Source: Bacteroidales bacterium (lineage in GTDB: Bacteria; Bacteroidota; Bacteroidia; Bacteroidales; JAADJA01). From it: a stretch of DNA of 64,000 nucleotides. Position numbers and translations under genes: made by a program. The DNA is taken from positions 6,539-70,538 of the forward strand of contig JADHVR010000006.1 in NCBI GenBank assembly GCA_016783885.1. The letters run 5' to 3'. Numbering within the stretch: the first letter of the stretch is position 1; each line of letters begins with the position of its first letter. Positions 63,006 through 64,000 of the stretch are shown piece by piece. Under the pieces are notes generated by a model. It worked only from the letters and a program-made list of their open reading frames with translations. It was not told where the DNA came from and ran no database searches.

Positions 63006-63713
63006 TTACTTCTGATGTAACCCACATTCTTTGTATTCAGGCATTTCCCACCACCAGCGTCCGGTGCGAATGTTTTCACCGGGTTCAGTAGCTCTGGTAC
63101 ATGGCTGGCAGCCTATGCTTGGGAAGCCTTCTTTATGAAGTTTATTATAAGGAATATTATACTGTTCGATGTATTTCCAAACCTGCTCTTCGGTCCAGTT
63201 GATCAATGGATTTAATTTTACCAAACCGTGGTTATTTTCATCCAATTCAACAAGGGCGTTATTATTTCTGGTTATTGATTGTTCTTTCCTTAATCCCGTA
63301 ATCCATACTTCATAACCTTTCAGCGCCCGATGAAGAGGTTCGATCTTTCTGATATTACAACATAATTTCCGATTCTCTATACTATTATAAAATAGGTTGA
63401 TACCCCTTTCTTTTACCATTTTCTCAACATGATTTGTTGTTGGAAAATAAATCTCCATATTAATTTTAAACCGGTTACTGGTTTTTTCGATCAGTTCATA
63501 AGTTTCGGGGAAAAGCCTGCCTGTATCGAGGGTGAAAATTTTAATGGAGGGATCAATAGAAACAATTATATGAGTCAACACCTGGTCCTCCGCACCAAGG
63601 CTTGATGCAAAAGCTATCTTGTTTTTGAACTCCTTCAGGAAAAATGCTAAAACTTCCCGGGCTGTTGAGTTTTTAAATCGTTCGTTATAATTTTTTATCA
63701 GAATATCCTTCAT
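63006..63713 (-). CDS. cysH: Phosphoadenylyl-sulfate (PAPS/APS) reductase
   Basis: ORF 63006-63836. Likely start MKDILIKNY (ATG at 63711-63713). SLGAEDQVLTH, TGLRKEQS, C-terminal ECGLH motif. Confidence 0.85.
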   Translation of the reverse strand: MKDILIKNYNERFKNSTAREVLAFFLKEFKNKIAFASSLGAEDQVLTHIIVSIDPSIKIFTLDTGRLFPETYELIEKTSNRFKINMEIYFPTTNHVEKMVKERGINLFYNSIENRKLCCNIRKIEPLHRALKGYEVWITGLRKEQSITRNNNALVELDENNHGLVKLNPLINWTEEQVWKYIEQYNIPYNKLHKEGFPSIGCQPCTRATEPGENIRTGRWWWEMPEYKECGLHQK

Positions 63714-63792
63714 ATAATCGTGCAAAGTTATATTAAAATTTTTCTGATTATAACGTTTTAAAAAAATAAATACATTTGCCGAAAAGCAAAAA

Positions 63793-64000
63793 ATGAAAAT
63801 CCATTTCATAGCCGTTGGCGGAAGCGCAATGCACAACCTCGCAATAGCTCTCCATAAAAAGGGATATAAAGTTACCGGTTCGGATGATGAAATTTTTGAA
63901 CCCTCAAGAGGAAGGCTGAAAAAGTATGGAATACTTCCTGATAATGACGGTTGGTTTCCTGAAAGAATTCATAACAACTTAGATGCTGTAATACTCGGAA
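63793..64000 (+). CDS. mpl: UDP-N-acetylmuramate:L-alanyl-gamma-D-glutamyl-meso-DAP ligase (Mpl-like), 5' fragment
   Basis: Own translation from ATG 63793: MKIHFIAVGGSAMHNLAIALHKKGYKVTGSDDEIFEPSRGRLKKYGILPDNDGWFPERI... This is a Mur-ligase N-terminal pattern typical of Mpl. Runs off the window. Confidence 0.7.
   Translation, partial: MKIHFIAVGGSAMHNLAIALHKKGYKVTGSDDEIFEPSRGRLKKYGILPDNDGWFPERIHNNLDAVILG

Overview
AT-rich window that looks like a Bacteroidota chromosome. Evidence: T9SS C-terminal sorting domains, an ECF-sigma/FecR/TonB-receptor triad, TAnnTTTG -7 boxes and no Shine-Dalgarno dependence. Housekeeping genes (gyrB, mnmA, ilvE, cysH, mpl, prolyl oligopeptidase, S41 protease, PgpH-like 7TM-HD) are interleaved with accessory islands. 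(1) Three paralogous secreted C10 (streptopain-like) cysteine proteases. (2) A 6.9 kb metabolic operon at 13.1-19.5 kb (opine-dehydrogenase-like, B12-domain mutase-like, ATP-grasp ligase, PLP racemase, B12-radical SAM). It is bracketed by 74-nt direct repeats, and its last gene is a sharp GC-rich island. (3) A defence locus at 20.0-28.8 kb: PLD-SNF2 helicase, Schlafen/AlbA_2 ATPase-wHTH and an Eco57I-family N6-adenine methyltransferase. Its ORFs carry in-frame palindromic REP-like insertions, including a complete RayT/IS200-like Y1 transposase gene nested in-frame inside the helicase ORF. (4) The most novel-looking item, at 47.2-52.2 kb, is a translationally coupled four-gene operon. It encodes a Dcm C5-cytosine methyltransferase, a 774-aa protein with two GHKL ATPase modules (MORC/Hsp90-like N-terminus, histidine-kinase C-terminus), a receiver-domain protein and a small caspase/CHAT-like His-Cys protein. 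A Mig-type (MutY/EndoIII family) glycosylase converges on it and overlaps its 3' end. Also present: two type II toxin-antitoxin pairs, a free-standing RayT-like transposase with a 104-bp tandem duplication next to a tRNA(CAT), a GluR0-type ligand-gated K+ channel, an orphan PD-(D/E)xK nuclease between mnmA and ilvE, and several families of interspersed or palindromic intergenic repeats. No CRISPR array or rRNA was seen. All family assignments rest on motifs read by eye; no database search was possible.
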